From positions 32,144-96,143 of the forward strand of contig JBDTZG010000019.1 in NCBI GenBank assembly GCA_040005235.1: a stretch of DNA of 64,000 nt, given 5' to 3'. Of the stretch, positions 62,346-64,000 are shown piece after piece; within the stretch, counting starts at the first letter, position 1, and the number at the start of each line of letters is the position of its first letter. The position numbers and the translations under genes are program-made. Below the pieces are notes generated by a model. It was given only the letters and a program-made list of their open reading frames with translations. It was not told the origin of the DNA and did no database searches. Source of the DNA: Acidobacteriota bacterium. GTDB taxonomy: Bacteria > Acidobacteriota > Thermoanaerobaculia > Multivoradales > UBA5704.

Positions 62346-62392
62346 CGCCGACGCGTCGGCGACCGGAAAGCGGCGAGACGTCGGCGCACTCC
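62346..62392. repeat. REP-like hairpins forming the 5' exon of the intron
   Basis: CGCCGACGCGTCGGCG then AAAGCGGCGAGACGTCGGCGCACTCC, the near reverse complement of 50278-50302. Confidence 0.7.
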
Positions 62393-64000
62393 GTGCGCCC
62401 GCAAGCGCACTCGTACAGAGAGGTGCAAGTCCTCTTCGGGCCTACGCTCTCCGGCCCGAAAGCCAAAGGTAACTGCGTCGCCGTGAGGCGGGGTGGGGAG
62501 CAACTGGAGGCGAGAGACCGGTCCGCAGGAGACGAACTCGATTCGGCCTGATGCATCGGCGAGCCGGCGGAGTAACGGCGAAGCCCAGCCCCCGCAAGGG
62601 AGGCCTATCGCGCTGAGGGGTAGCGTGCGAAAGCGACGATGGGGGTGCATGGGGTGTTTGGAGGCAGAACGGTCTCATAGGACGAGTGACGTGAAGCGGG
62701 GAGACCTCGGGCGGGAAAAGGAGCCCCCCGAGGAGTCAGAGCCCCCATAGTAGCTGGGAAGCGCCGTAACGGGCGTGGAGCCAAGGGGGGCAGGAAGGTG
62801 GATACGTGAGGGACGAGCGAGCGGAAGCAGCCCAACCGGCGGGAGTGCCCGCAAGGGCTACACAAGCCGGAGAGACCCCGGGCCGATGGTCCTGGGTGGA
62901 ACCGAGCGTTTGGACCGAGCGCATGCTGACGGCCCTCGAAGTGGGGGTCAAAGGAGGCAAGTGGTTCAGCCTGATCGACAAGGTCGGCTCGCAACGCAAC
63001 CTGGAGTCGGCTTTCACGCAAGTGAAGCGCAACAAGGGAAGCGCCGGAGTGGACCGCGTGACGATCGGGAGGTTTGGGGCTCACTTGGAGGAGAACCTGA
63101 AACGCCTGTCGGCGTCGCTGCTGGAGGGAAGCTACATTCCCCAGGCGGTCCGTCGGGTGTGGATCGACAAACCGGGGAGCAAAGAAAAGCGCCCTCTTGG
63201 GATTCCGACGGTTCGAGACCGGGTGGTCCAGGCCGCGCTCCGCAACGTCTTGGAGCCGATCTTCGAGCGAGACTTCGCAGCCCAGAGCTACGGGTTTCGA
63301 CCGGAACGAAGCGCCAAGGACGCCCTGCGCCGAGTAGCCCAGCTCCTCAAAGCGGGATACGTCCACGTGGTGGATGCCGACCTACAGAGCTATTACGACA
63401 CGATCCCTCGCCCGCCGCTGATGGAGCGGGTGAGAAACAAGGTCGCGGACAGCAAGGTCTTGGCCCTGCTCGAAGCGTTTCTCGGGCAGGAGGTGATGGA
63501 GAGTGCAAAATACTGGACTCCGGACCGGGGAACCCCGCAAGGAGCGGTGATCAGCCCTCTGCTGTCCAACATCTACCTGGACCCGCCGGACCATCGGATG
63601 GCGCAGCTCGGCTACGAGATGGTGCGGTACGCCGACGACTTTGTGATCTTGTGCCGTACGCCCTCTGAAGCCCAAAGTGCGCTGGCCGAGGTCGAGTCCT
63701 GGGCAGCTGCGGCAGAATTGCGGCTGCATCCCGACAAGACCCGGATCGTCGACGCCACCCAGCGAGGCGGCTTCGATTTCTTGGGTTACCACTTCGAGCG
63801 GGGTTATCGCTGGCCCAGCCGGAAGAGCCTGAGGAAATTCAAGGACAAGATCCGAGCGAAGACCCGGCGCACCAACGGGCACAGCCTCCAGCGGATTCTT
63901 TCGGAGCTGGTGCCGATCCAAAGGGGCTGGTTTGAATACTTCAAACACAGCCTTGCGACGTACCTGATGCCGCTGGACCGGTGGATCCGGATGCGTCTTC
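62393..64000 (+). mobile_element. Group II intron (3' end outside window)
   Basis: 5' GTGCGCCC consensus start, about 410 nt of non-coding leader, then an RT ORF. Confidence 0.88.
62806..63999 (+). CDS. ltrA: Group II intron reverse transcriptase/maturase (partial)
   Basis: Manual translation: KWFSLIDKV, NKGSAGVD, KRPLGIPTVRDRVVQ, SYGFRP, GTPQGAVISPLLSNIYL, VRYADDF, FDFLGY; start uncertain (GTG 62806 or ATG 62923). Confidence 0.93.
   Translation, partial: MRDERAEAAQPAGVPARATQAGETPGRWSWVEPSVWTERMLTALEVGVKGGKWFSLIDKVGSQRNLESAFTQVKRNKGSAGVDRVTIGRFGAHLEENLKRLSASLLEGSYIPQAVRRVWIDKPGSKEKRPLGIPTVRDRVVQAALRNVLEPIFERDFAAQSYGFRPERSAKDALRRVAQLLKAGYVHVVDADLQSYYDTIPRPPLMERVRNKVADSKVLALLEAFLGQEVMESAKYWTPDRGTPQGAVISPLLSNIYLDPPDHRMAQLGYEMVRYADDFVILCRTPSEAQSALAEVESWAAAAELRLHPDKTRIVDATQRGGFDFLGYHFERGYRWPSRKSLRKFKDKIRAKTRRTNGHSLQRILSELVPIQRGWFEYFKHSLATYLMPLDRWIRMRL

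Noticed and set aside
62605-63948. Minus-strand ORFs and the 62775-63668 ORF in the track
   Set aside because: Shadows of the intron RT, whose true frame is missing from the track because it runs off the window.

Overview
High-GC bacterial DNA, most likely Acidobacteriota (Thermoanaerobaculia-like). The taxon is inferred from GWxTD/VWA proteins, an ADOP-type permease and a CHAT protein. The first 34 kb is mostly housekeeping: hemW, parE-[vapBC]-parC, quinone reductase, EVE protein, a degenerate DEAD-box protein, SLC13 permease, DUF885, STAS/asparaginase, mce-meaB-acyl-CoA dehydrogenase, maf, two GWxTD-VWA paralogs, iscS-mnmA and a sugar transferase. A REP-rich patch at 22.1-24.2 kb carries a 9 x 20-bp palindromic array in front of an unknown 121-aa helical protein, followed by orphan antitoxins. 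After tRNA-Arg(ACG) the region is plastic: Vsr, a C5-methyltransferase with an internal alternate-frame ORF, an HNH nuclease, a Cas6 remnant, TA modules and a group 1h [NiFe]-hydrogenase cluster. Next is a lower-GC island with a thioredoxin-like protein, an unannotated 27-aa Cys-rich peptide, ADOP permease, MFS transporter, beta-helix protein and a GMC oxidoreductase pair. The window ends with a BNR/VPS10 protein and a group II intron inserted at the end of a REP-like hairpin. The best candidates for undescribed biology are the 20-bp array plus small protein, the Cys-rich peptide locus and the REP-targeting intron. All calls come from reading motifs by eye; no searches were run.
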